From: Chitinophagales bacterium
GTDB lineage: Bacteria; Bacteroidota; Bacteroidia; Chitinophagales; LD1
NCBI GenBank assembly: GCA_046598235.1
Contig: JBKJJB010000375.1
Location: forward strand, 1-33,231
Reading direction: 5' to 3'
Length of the DNA: 33,231 nucleotides
Shown: one piece after another, positions 1 to 7,047 of the stretch
Layout of the letters: each line of letters opens with the position of its first letter
Numbering within the stretch: the first letter of the stretch is position 1
Notes under the pieces: model-generated
Databases searched by the model: none
The model's input: the letters and a program-made list of their open reading frames with translations, nothing else
Told to the model about the DNA's origin: nothing
Position numbers and translations under genes: made by a program

Positions 1-1
1 T

Positions 2-487
2 AAAGTTAACTCTCTTAGCAAAATTACCGCAGCGCTAATACAATTAGAACAGGAATTTGAACGTGAACCAACTTCTGAAGAACTGGCAACATTGTTAGAT
101 GTTGACCTTGTGCAAATAGAAAATGTAATCGGACTAAAAGTAAGGCAAGTATCTATTGATGCTCCTTTTTCTGATGACAACGAAGCAAACAATCTTACTG
201 ATGTTATAAAAAATACAAATGCCGAAGCACCTGATCATCAAGTTCTGAATAAAGAATCGCTGAAAAAAGAAATTGAAATGTTGCTTGCCGACCTGAAAGA
301 AACTCAAGTGGAAGTAGTAAAGATGTATTATGGTTTAGATGGCGGAGAACAAATGACTTTACTGGAAATAAGCAGAACATTAAATGTATCGAGCGAACGA
401 ATACGCCAAATTAAAGAAGCTGCTATTGGACGAATCAAAAGATCTAACCGCTACAAATTACTAAAAGAGTTTATGCATAATGAATAA
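2..487 (+). CDS. rpoD: RNA polymerase sigma-70 family factor, C-terminal part (regions 3-4); the 5' end lies outside the window
   Basis: Frame 2 is open from the window edge (KVNSLSKITAALIQLEQEFEREPTSEELATLL...), so the listed 92..487 ORF is only the tail. Region 4.2 HTH-like string TLLEISRTLNVSSERIRQIKEAAIGRIK. Stop at 485-487, followed by a hairpin terminator. Confidence 0.85.
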   Translation, partial: KVNSLSKITAALIQLEQEFEREPTSEELATLLDVDLVQIENVIGLKVRQVSIDAPFSDDNEANNLTDVIKNTNAEAPDHQVLNKESLKKEIEMLLADLKETQVEVVKMYYGLDGGEQMTLLEISRTLNVSSERIRQIKEAAIGRIKRSNRYKLLKEFMHNE

Positions 488-495
488 CAGTTATA

Positions 496-531
496 AAAGA
501 GAAAGCCGCTGGTAAAGCGGCTTTCTCTTTT
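496..531. terminator. Bidirectional intrinsic terminator hairpin between convergent genes
   Basis: Perfect 15-bp inverted repeat, AAAAGAGAAAGCCGCT (496-510) / AGCGGCTTTCTCTTTT (516-531), with loop GGTAA. A/T runs lie on both sides. It sits between the sigma factor stop (487) and the minus-strand stop (546). Confidence 0.8.
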
Positions 532-545
532 ATTCTAGCTAAAGT

Positions 546-3500
546 TTACTTCTTCGAAGTTTTACCTGAATAAACTTTTTCTCCGTCAAGAATTCTGAAG
601 ATATATAAACCCTCAGAAAGATTTGTTGCAATGGTGTTTAGTGCAGACGGATTCAGTTTCTCCTTTACAACTACTTGTCCATTTATGTTCATCAATTCAA
701 GAATAGGAACAGAAAGTTCTGCTGAGGTAAGGTCTACAACAAAATCATTGCTGTTCCAATATGCTTTAATCATGCTCTGTGCATTTTCTTTAATACCACT
801 AATTGCAGTTACCATTACCACAACTTCCTGTGATGTAAGTTTATCATTCGCTGAATTGGTTGATTCGCAAATGATATAATAAGGACTTACAATATTGAAA
901 CGAGGAATAAGAGTTGCCCCTGTTTCGGCTGGATTAAAAGCCGCAAACCCTAAACCTGATACCTGCGAGTATTTCCATACGCGAGTTGCGGGGTGAGTTT
1001 CAGTAACACTAATAGCAGTTCCGTTTTGTCCTTGCACAAGATGTTGAGTATCTGCCAGGGCAATACTTATTTCGAAAGGAACTATACTTAGGTTATTGCC
1101 GTTATCGCTGCCAACCACAGCAGGATCAGTAGATACTACTCTTATTCTAAATCCTGTACCTGCTACGGAAGTAGTTGGAATAGTTGCTGAGATAGTTCCG
1201 ATAGTTGCGCTTGTAAGCGTTCCTATTTCTACAGGGTTTGCAAAATTGCCTATGTTATCTGAAAGTTGTGCTTTGAAAATATTTCCTGCATTAAATACTA
1301 CATCGGATGTATAATCAACATTTACAGGAGCTGCAAGGTTGGCAGAAATTAGAAAAGGTGAACCGCTTACTGCTGAAGTAGTGATCGTGCTTCCGTTGGT
1401 AACATTAATCTCTACTTCATTACTCGTTACTTCATCACTATATGTATTGGTGGAAACACAAACCACATAATATGTTCCGGGTAATGGAAAGTTAGGAGTG
1501 TAAGAACTTCCTGTTTCGGCAGGAGCAAAACTTACATAACCGCTTCCGCTGGTGGTGGTATATTTCCATTCATTGGTAGATATTTGTGAAGCAAACACTG
1601 CAATACCTGTTCCACTTGTACTGTGTTGTATTGTTTGAGTAGAAGGAGGAGAAATAGAATTATTAAACTGATCTATAACCAAATCAACTCCGTTATCGCT
1701 TCCTAGCACTACAGGGTCATTTGAAATTACTCTTATTCTATATCCTGTTCCCGCAGGTGTTGTATGGGGAACAGTTGCAGAAATAGTTCCTGATGAGGTA
1801 GCAGCTACAGTTCCTATATCTACAGGGCTGCTAAACGAACCCGAAGCATCTGAAAGCTGTGCTGTAAAAATATTTCCACTATTAAAAGTTCCGCTCGTAG
1901 TATAAGGAACATTCACCAAAACATCAGGAGCCGAAGGACTGAACAAGAACGGAGAACCTGCAATTGTTCCTGTTGCAATGGTAGCATTGCCAACCGAAAT
2001 CAAAACTTCATTACTAAATACTGTAACTCCGCTAACAATGCTTTGACACACTACATAATAGTTTCCTGCGCTGGCAAAATTAGGAGTATAGGTAGTTGCT
2101 CCTGTTACAGCAGGGATAAAAGAAGAGTAAGGTCCGCCCGAAACAGTAGAATATTGCCACTCGCGCCATGAACCCGTTGGAGTTTCAGTAACAGTAAGTG
2201 TGTTTCCATTTACTCCTACTAAAATACTTTGTGGGGAAGTAGGTGCAATGCTATTTGCTACTACGGTTACTACTACTTCATTGCTGATAACCGTTAATCC
2301 TCCCGGAAAAGAAGAAACACAAACTACATAGTAAGTGCCTGTGTTAGAAAAATTAGGAGTATAAGCAGTTCCTGTTTCAGCAGGGAAAAAATTTACATAA
2401 TTACTTCCGCTGGTATTGGTGTATTTCCATTCGCGTGAAGTGGCTCCTGAAGTTTCGGTAACGGCTAATGCAGTGCCTGCTGTAAAAGCAGCTATTGTTT
2501 GAGCGGTAGAAGGTGCAACTGAATTTGTAACCAAGGTAATAGATATGTCTGCCCCGTTATTAGCCGCAGTAAGTGCGGGGTTGCTGCTTACTACTCTTAT
2601 TCTATATCCTGTTCCGGTGGCGGTGTTGGCAGGAATGGTAGCGGTGATAGTGCCCGAAGTGGTAGCAGTAACCGAACCAATATTAGTAGCAGAAGCAAAT
2701 GAACCACTCGCATCGCTCAATTGAGCCGTTACCGTATTTGCTCCGTTATAGGTTCCTGTAAGAGTAAACGGAACACTTACGCTTGCACCCGATGTAGCAC
2801 TTACATAATATGACAAAGGAGAAATAGTTCCAGTGGCAATGGTTGGATTGTAGATAGCTTCAAAATCGTCAAGCCAAAGAGTGCTGTTTTGAGTTCCGCC
2901 TGTTTGGTTGCCGCTACTAGTAGAGGTAATAAGGATGTATTGAGGGGTTCTTCCATCTACATATACAAAAGGAAGCGAAACGCGCGTCCACGTAGCCACA
3001 TCCGAGTTAGGAACATTGAGCCATTTGGCACGGGCAATAATGTTTACTGTGCTATCAGGATGATTATTATTAGAAGGAGTTTCAGGAGCATAGCAATTTC
3101 CTACATGCAGGCGCGCTTCTACATTTGGATAATCGGAACTATACGAATCGTATCTAAACCAAAAGACCAAACTATCGGGTCTGCCGGTAAAGGGCATTGA
3201 ATAGTTCGGGTCACCTGGTATAGTACGAATATATCCGTCTGACTTATTAATAGTAGGCGCTTCTACTTTGCCGGTAGTAAGCGAGCCATTAACCGTGGTA
3301 ATAATATAGAAACCGGTTTTTACTCTAGCGCAGTAAGTGCCTCCATGCGGATTGGTAGTTTCCTGAAAACAGGTTTGCCCTCCGGTGCTTGCATTGCCGC
3401 CTCCGGTCATATTACTGTTCCAGTATTGTGGCTCGGTAGTACTTCCGCTTCCGGTCCAATTCTCCATATTAGCATTCCCAATAGTAGTTTGGGCTTTGCC

Positions 3501-3554
3501 TGCTAATGACATTATTGTTACAAACAGAAGAAGTAAAATCCTTTTCATAATCAT
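546..3554 (-). CDS. Large secreted modular protein: signal peptide, N-terminal beta-sandwich (PCMD-like), A-B-B-A-B-A-B repeat modules, T9SS type-A C-terminal sorting domain
   Basis: 1002-aa ORF. N-terminal signal MIMKRILLLLFVTIMSLAGKAQ. N-domain strings GNANMENW, PFTGRPDSLVFWFRY and STLWLDDFEAIY resemble the Bacteroides PCMD domain (from memory). C-terminus ...NLSEGLYIFRILDGEKVYSGKTSKK is typical of a T9SS CTD. Confidence 0.85.
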   Translation of the reverse strand: MIMKRILLLLFVTIMSLAGKAQTTIGNANMENWTGSGSTTEPQYWNSNMTGGGNASTGGQTCFQETTNPHGGTYCARVKTGFYIITTVNGSLTTGKVEAPTINKSDGYIRTIPGDPNYSMPFTGRPDSLVFWFRYDSYSSDYPNVEARLHVGNCYAPETPSNNNHPDSTVNIIARAKWLNVPNSDVATWTRVSLPFVYVDGRTPQYILITSTSSGNQTGGTQNSTLWLDDFEAIYNPTIATGTISPLSYYVSATSGASVSVPFTLTGTYNGANTVTAQLSDASGSFASATNIGSVTATTSGTITATIPANTATGTGYRIRVVSSNPALTAANNGADISITLVTNSVAPSTAQTIAAFTAGTALAVTETSGATSREWKYTNTSGSNYVNFFPAETGTAYTPNFSNTGTYYVVCVSSFPGGLTVISNEVVVTVVANSIAPTSPQSILVGVNGNTLTVTETPTGSWREWQYSTVSGGPYSSFIPAVTGATTYTPNFASAGNYYVVCQSIVSGVTVFSNEVLISVGNATIATGTIAGSPFLFSPSAPDVLVNVPYTTSGTFNSGNIFTAQLSDASGSFSSPVDIGTVAATSSGTISATVPHTTPAGTGYRIRVISNDPVVLGSDNGVDLVIDQFNNSISPPSTQTIQHSTSGTGIAVFASQISTNEWKYTTTSGSGYVSFAPAETGSSYTPNFPLPGTYYVVCVSTNTYSDEVTSNEVEINVTNGSTITTSAVSGSPFLISANLAAPVNVDYTSDVVFNAGNIFKAQLSDNIGNFANPVEIGTLTSATIGTISATIPTTSVAGTGFRIRVVSTDPAVVGSDNGNNLSIVPFEISIALADTQHLVQGQNGTAISVTETHPATRVWKYSQVSGLGFAAFNPAETGATLIPRFNIVSPYYIICESTNSANDKLTSQEVVVMVTAISGIKENAQSMIKAYWNSNDFVVDLTSAELSVPILELMNINGQVVVKEKLNPSALNTIATNLSEGLYIFRILDGEKVYSGKTSKK
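807..2846 (-). repeat. Intragenic protein-module repeats: three ~100-aa A modules and four ~90-aa B modules
   Basis: A modules cover aa 237-340, 524-627 and 720-825. They share ...AQLSDxxGxFxxPxxIGxxxxxxxGTIxATxPxxxxxGTGYRIRVxSxxP...DNG. B modules cover aa 341-432, 433-522, 628-719 and 826-916. They share ...TETxxxxxxEWKYxxxSGxxYxxFxPAETGxxYTPNFxxxGTYYVVCxS...SNEV. Confidence 0.8.
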
Positions 3555-3756
3555 GATTTTGGTTCGGGGCGAAAAATACGCATCTATATGAAACAGGCAA
3601 ACAATATTTATGCAACCCTGTTGATATAGGCCAGCTTCTTTGGGTAATCCGTTCGGTTAATTTTGGTTACTGTGGGGCAGTGTATCAGTTAAATGCAAAA
3701 AGGGTTGCCCATACCGAACTTGTTTCAGAATCTCTTCCTTGAGACCCTGAAACAAT

Positions 3757-3789
3757 TTCCATTTTAAGCATCACCCTTCCATTTTGGAA
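3757..3789 (+). promoter_or_regulatory. Two direct repeats of TTCCATTTT phased 20 bp apart; the second is the 13-mer TTCCATTTTGGAA. Candidate operator or UAS.
   Basis: TTCCATTTTAAG starts at 3757 and TTCCATTTTGGAA at 3777. The same 13-mer with the same 20-bp phasing recurs on the minus strand at 7016..6984, upstream of the paralogous XRE gene. Confidence 0.45.
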
Positions 3790-3888
3790 AGGTTTGCAAG
3801 AATCATTTTTACAGCCAGCTTTTGCGCTCTTGCCCTTCCCCCAATGAAAAATGTATTTAAAGCAACCCTTAAAGCACATTACATGATT

Positions 3889-3904
3889 TGGCACTTAGTT
3901 GGCT
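3889..3904 (+). promoter_or_regulatory. Candidate sigma-54 (-24/-12) promoter
   Basis: TGGCAC-TTAGT-TGGCT. GG is at 3890-3891 and GC at 3902-3903, which is the canonical 12-nt register of TGGCACG-N4-TTGCW. It lies ~65 nt upstream of ATG 3970 and ~100 nt downstream of the direct repeats. A sigma-54 activator is encoded at 7048..8388. The -12 box is TGGC rather than TTGC. Confidence 0.35.
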
Positions 3905-3969
3905 TAGTGTGTAATGACGCTAAATATTTTTTACAACAAGCTGACAAAAATAAAAACGAAACTACAAGC

Positions 3970-4389
3970 ATGATAAATGCTGAATCTATAAATGAAACTG
4001 ACTTGTTATCAACTATGACGTTGGGAGAAAGAATTAAAAGAGTTCGAGAAATAAGGGGTATAAATCAAAAAAAGATGGCGACTAAGATGAAAGTTACCGC
4101 CCAAACCTACGGCAACTTTGAAGATGGAGTAAACCTCAAGTACTCTAACCTCAAAAAATTCTGCGATATTGCTCATATAGATATGCCATTTTTACTTTCA
4201 GAAGATGTACCGGTTACAGAAAATAACATTGAATTTTTCGACCGTATTAAGGACAAATGTTTTCTGCTAACCCATGAACAAATGAGACAGAAAGTAGAAG
4301 TATACACGGACCTGCTACAATTAAGTGAAGAAGACCCTTCCAGGGAAAACCTATCTAGAGAAAATAATACCAAAAATCAATTAGAGTAA
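3970..4389 (+). CDS. XRE-family helix-turn-helix transcriptional regulator (paralog 1)
   Basis: HTH string LGERIKRVREIRGINQKKMATKMKVTAQTYGNFEDG. It shares a DVPVTENN / DIPITEET motif and overall layout with the 6437..6820 protein. The 3784 start of the listed ORF is unlikely: its N-terminal 62 aa look non-protein-like and would cover the promoter-like elements. ATG 4015 (MTLGERIK...) aligns best with the paralog's start, so the true start may be 4015. Confidence 0.75.
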   Translation: MINAESINETDLLSTMTLGERIKRVREIRGINQKKMATKMKVTAQTYGNFEDGVNLKYSNLKKFCDIAHIDMPFLLSEDVPVTENNIEFFDRIKDKCFLLTHEQMRQKVEVYTDLLQLSEEDPSRENLSRENNTKNQLE

Positions 4390-4402
4390 AGTCCCTTTAC
4401 TG

Positions 4403-6322
4403 TTACAAAACAAATTTAAAAATGGTGCCTTCTCCAACCGTGGAACTTGCCCAAATACGTCCGCCATGTTTGCTAATAATACGATGAACAATTGCAAGCC
4501 CAACTCCTGTGCCTTCAAATTCGCCTGATTTATGCAAGCGTTGAAAAACCCCAAACAACTTATCGGCATACTGCATATCGAAACCTACTCCGTTGTCTTT
4601 TATGTAGTAAATAATCTGCCCATCTTCCTCTAATGAACCTATTTCAATTTCAGGTTTTTCCTTTTTACGCGAATACTTAACTGCATTGGAAACAAGATTT
4701 ACCCATACCTGTTTAACTAATTGCGGGTCGCAATAAGCCGGGTGCATATCCTGCACTTTTATTTTAGCTGAAAGTTGATTGGTCATAAATCTTAACTCAT
4801 CTATCACATCAGCTACAACGCCATTCATATTCACTAACTGTTTTCGAAGCGGAACTTTGCCAAAACGGGCAAAGTTGAGCAAGTCCTCAATAAGACGCGC
4901 CATTAATGTAGAATTTCTTTTTATTACTCCAAGAGTGTGCTGCCCTTCTTCATTCAGTTTGTTGCGATAATCTTCAATCATCACATCAATAAAACTATCA
5001 ATATTTCTGAGCGGAGATAAAAGATCGTGCGAAACCGAATAAGTAAACGCCTCAAGTTCTTTGTTTGCCTCCTCCAATTCAGTCGTTCGTTCTGCTACTT
5101 TTTTCTCAAGCAAACTATTCAAAGATTTTATTTCCTCCTCCGAATTTTTTCGCTGGGTGATGTCGCTGGCAACTACACACAAGCCAATGGTGCCTTCTCT
5201 CGTTTCTGTGATAGGCGTAATACGCACATGATACCAACTTATCGAATTATCACGTTTAATATACTTCGCTTCATACGAATGTGTTGTGCCTTCAAGCACT
5301 TTCTTCATAACCGATCCCGCCAGCAGTTCATATCGCTCAGGTAAGTGAATCAAAATTTCTTCTCCTTCATTTAGCGCAATACCCAACTCAAACAATGCCC
5401 ATTCATTTGCTATACGGTTTGCTTTAAGAATCCTGAATTCGGTATCTAGCAACAGACAGGCAGCATCAGAATTATCAAGAATATACCTTGTATTCGCTTC
5501 CGATTTAAGCAATGATTCTTCTATTTGTTTCTTAGATGATATGTCCTTTACTACCGCTATAATTTGTTGCAGTTCGCCACGCTCATTTTTCGAAGAAGTA
5601 ATATTTAGCTCCACCCATTTAGTATTCTTCTTTAAAGTAACATATCTCTTTTCTATGCGATAGCTGTCAATTTCACCTCGCTTTAATTTTTCAAAGAAAG
5701 TAATGACGGTATTCATATCATCGGGGTGAGTAAACTCTGCCGGATTCCTATTCACCAATTGTTCAATTGACCCTTCCATCAAATCGCAAAAAGCTTTATT
5801 GGCATTTGTTAACCTGCCTTCGGCTGTTCCCCATGCAATACATAACAGCGGATTTTCACTTACTACTCTATAGCGCTCTTCGCTTTCTTTCAGCTTCAGT
5901 TCGCTGAGCTTTTGTTCCGTAATGTCGCGAACAAAGCAAACCACTCCGGTAACTTCTTCATTTTGCAGAATTGGGGTGAGTGAAAAATCCCAAAAGGATT
6001 TGCCGATAATATCAAACTCCTTTATAAAGCGCAGCTTCTTTCCGGAAAACGCCTCTTCATAAATTTCCTTCCATTCTGCTACTAATGCAGGGCTAATAAT
6101 TTCAAAAAATTTAAGCGGGCTATCACCAGGATTTAAATCTAACCCGAACAGTTGCCGCACTGTATTTTTCAGAACTGCGTTTATGGTAATTAAAGAGAAA
6201 TTTTTATCGATAGAGTAAACAAAACCAGGCACATTATCAATTGTAATGGCTAAGTGAGCCTGTATTTCAGAAGCGCGAACATCCATACCGATGACTGAAT
6301 GTTTTGGTATGTTTTTGTCCAT
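4403..6322 (-). CDS. Cytoplasmic multi-PAS sensor histidine kinase (about 3 PAS/PAC domains, HisKA, HATPase_c)
   Basis: H-box FTYSVSHDLLSPLRNI. N-box VNLVSNAVKYS. G-boxes IKDNGVGFD and GTGVGLAIV. PAC-like strings VVCFVRDITEQK, IIAVVKDISSKK and LCVVASDITQRK. I saw no hydrophobic TM segments. The first ATG is at 6322; the listed ORF start at 6343 is a TTG. Confidence 0.9.
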   Translation of the reverse strand: MDKNIPKHSVIGMDVRASEIQAHLAITIDNVPGFVYSIDKNFSLITINAVLKNTVRQLFGLDLNPGDSPLKFFEIISPALVAEWKEIYEEAFSGKKLRFIKEFDIIGKSFWDFSLTPILQNEEVTGVVCFVRDITEQKLSELKLKESEERYRVVSENPLLCIAWGTAEGRLTNANKAFCDLMEGSIEQLVNRNPAEFTHPDDMNTVITFFEKLKRGEIDSYRIEKRYVTLKKNTKWVELNITSSKNERGELQQIIAVVKDISSKKQIEESLLKSEANTRYILDNSDAACLLLDTEFRILKANRIANEWALFELGIALNEGEEILIHLPERYELLAGSVMKKVLEGTTHSYEAKYIKRDNSISWYHVRITPITETREGTIGLCVVASDITQRKNSEEEIKSLNSLLEKKVAERTTELEEANKELEAFTYSVSHDLLSPLRNIDSFIDVMIEDYRNKLNEEGQHTLGVIKRNSTLMARLIEDLLNFARFGKVPLRKQLVNMNGVVADVIDELRFMTNQLSAKIKVQDMHPAYCDPQLVKQVWVNLVSNAVKYSRKKEKPEIEIGSLEEDGQIIYYIKDNGVGFDMQYADKLFGVFQRLHKSGEFEGTGVGLAIVHRIISKHGGRIWASSTVGEGTIFKFVL

Positions 6323-6377
6323 GATGCGATTTCGTAATAACAATATTAGGTAAAATAAAGTGTATGCTGTTTCTACT

Positions 6378-6428
6378 AAAATAAATAAAGGGACAAGGGA
6401 ACATATCCCTTGTCCCTTTATTTATTTT
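6378..6428. terminator. Long perfect hairpin (23-bp stem, 5-nt loop) between the XRE paralog 2 stop and the histidine kinase start
   Basis: AAAATAAATAAAGGGACAAGGGA (6378-6400), loop ACATA, TCCCTTGTCCCTTTATTTATTTT (6406-6428). The arms are exact reverse complements and are A/T-rich at their outer ends. Confidence 0.7.
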
Positions 6429-6436
6429 TAACCTGA

Positions 6437-6820
6437 TTAAGCCCGTCTCACAGAGGCACTCATATTGGCATTAACTGCCTGAATATCAGATATGCTATTT
6501 TCCGTTTTTACTTTAATCAATTCATCAAAAATTTCCAGCTTTTGCTCTAATTTTTTGTATGAAGTAACAAAATCGTTATAGCTGGTACTTCCAAAACGGT
6601 CAAGGGTTTCTTCCGTAATAGGAATATCAACAGCTACCAGATATGCCAGTTCCAAGTTCATTACATTACAATATCTTTTAAGCGTATCTAACCTTGCATT
6701 GTTTGCACTTTGCTCAAGGCAACTGTATGCCTGCTGTGTAATTTTCATTGCGTTGGCTACTGCAACTTGTTTCCATCCTCTTATCTCTCTTATCTTTCTG
6801 ATTCTTGCGGCAATTATCAT
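6437..6820 (-). CDS. XRE-family helix-turn-helix transcriptional regulator (paralog 2)
   Basis: MIIAARIRKIREIRGWKQVAVANAMKITQQAYSCLEQ is an HTH_3-like string. It is a paralog of the 3970..4389 product and lies upstream of the kinase on the same strand. Confidence 0.85.
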   Translation of the reverse strand: MIIAARIRKIREIRGWKQVAVANAMKITQQAYSCLEQSANNARLDTLKRYCNVMNLELAYLVAVDIPITEETLDRFGSTSYNDFVTSYKKLEQKLEIFDELIKVKTENSISDIQAVNANMSASVRRA

Positions 6821-6983
6821 GACTTAATGTTTTAGGATGTTTGCTAAAAGGTTCGCCTTGTATCATACCAATCTAATGCCGTTTACCATTCGTTATTGTA
6901 AAATACTTCACTTTTCTCTGCTAAATACCGCTCATAAGTAGACAATGAAAAAACAGGAGTTGCTTTTTTAGTCAAAAAGTATC

Positions 6984-7016
6984 TTCCAAAATGAAAAATA
7001 CATTTCCAAAATGGAA
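6984..7016 (-). promoter_or_regulatory. Two direct repeats, TTCCATTTTGGAA then TCATTTTGGAA on the minus strand, phased 20 bp apart. Candidate operator or UAS.
   Basis: Plus-strand TTCCAAAATGGAA at 7004-7016 and TTCCAAAATGA at 6984-6994. Read on the gene's strand, the first is identical to the 13-mer at 3777-3789. It lies ~165 bp upstream of ATG 6820. Confidence 0.45.
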
Positions 7017-7047
7017 TGGAACAAATACAAAAAAGGCTAGGAGTAAT

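Noticed and set aside
631-3591. Plus-strand ORFs 631..879, 1096..1314, 2889..3200 and 3385..3591. Similar antisense or out-of-frame ORFs occur inside other large genes (e.g. 4779..4970, 5027..5344, 7449..7676, 8002..8274, 16163..16447, 17311..17637, 19992..20294, 22177..22663, 24167..24424, 27322..27676, 29750..30022, 30247..30540, 31344..31553, 32457..32651).
   Set aside because: All are fully nested within longer ORFs that have clear domain signatures. They are low-complexity or biased peptides typical of shadow ORFs.
3722-3752. Interrupted inverted repeat GTTTCAGAATCTC-TTCCTT-GAGACCCTGAAAC in the divergent control region
   Set aside because: It is a real palindrome, but there is only a single copy, no counterpart upstream of XRE2, and no adjacent gene end to terminate. 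It could be a binding site, but I have no supporting evidence.
3784-3969. N-terminal 62-aa extension of the XRE paralog 1 ORF (start at 3784), and the antisense 69-aa ORF 3685..3894
   Set aside because: The extension is Cys/Phe/His-rich and unlike the paralog, which starts right at the HTH. It would also bury the phased repeats and the sigma-54-like element. Both ORFs are more plausibly non-coding control region.
4385-4401. 7-bp hairpin AGTAAAG-TCC-CTTTACT between the convergent XRE1 and kinase stops
   Set aside because: The stem is short and AT-rich with a 3-nt loop and overlaps the stop codon. It is too weak to call a terminator with confidence.
6857-6873. Sigma-54-like element upstream of XRE paralog 2 (minus strand CGGCATTAGATTGGTAT)
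   Set aside because: The -12 position has GT instead of the near-invariant GC, and the -24 box is preceded by C. It is too degenerate to call as a feature, so it is mentioned only for comparison.
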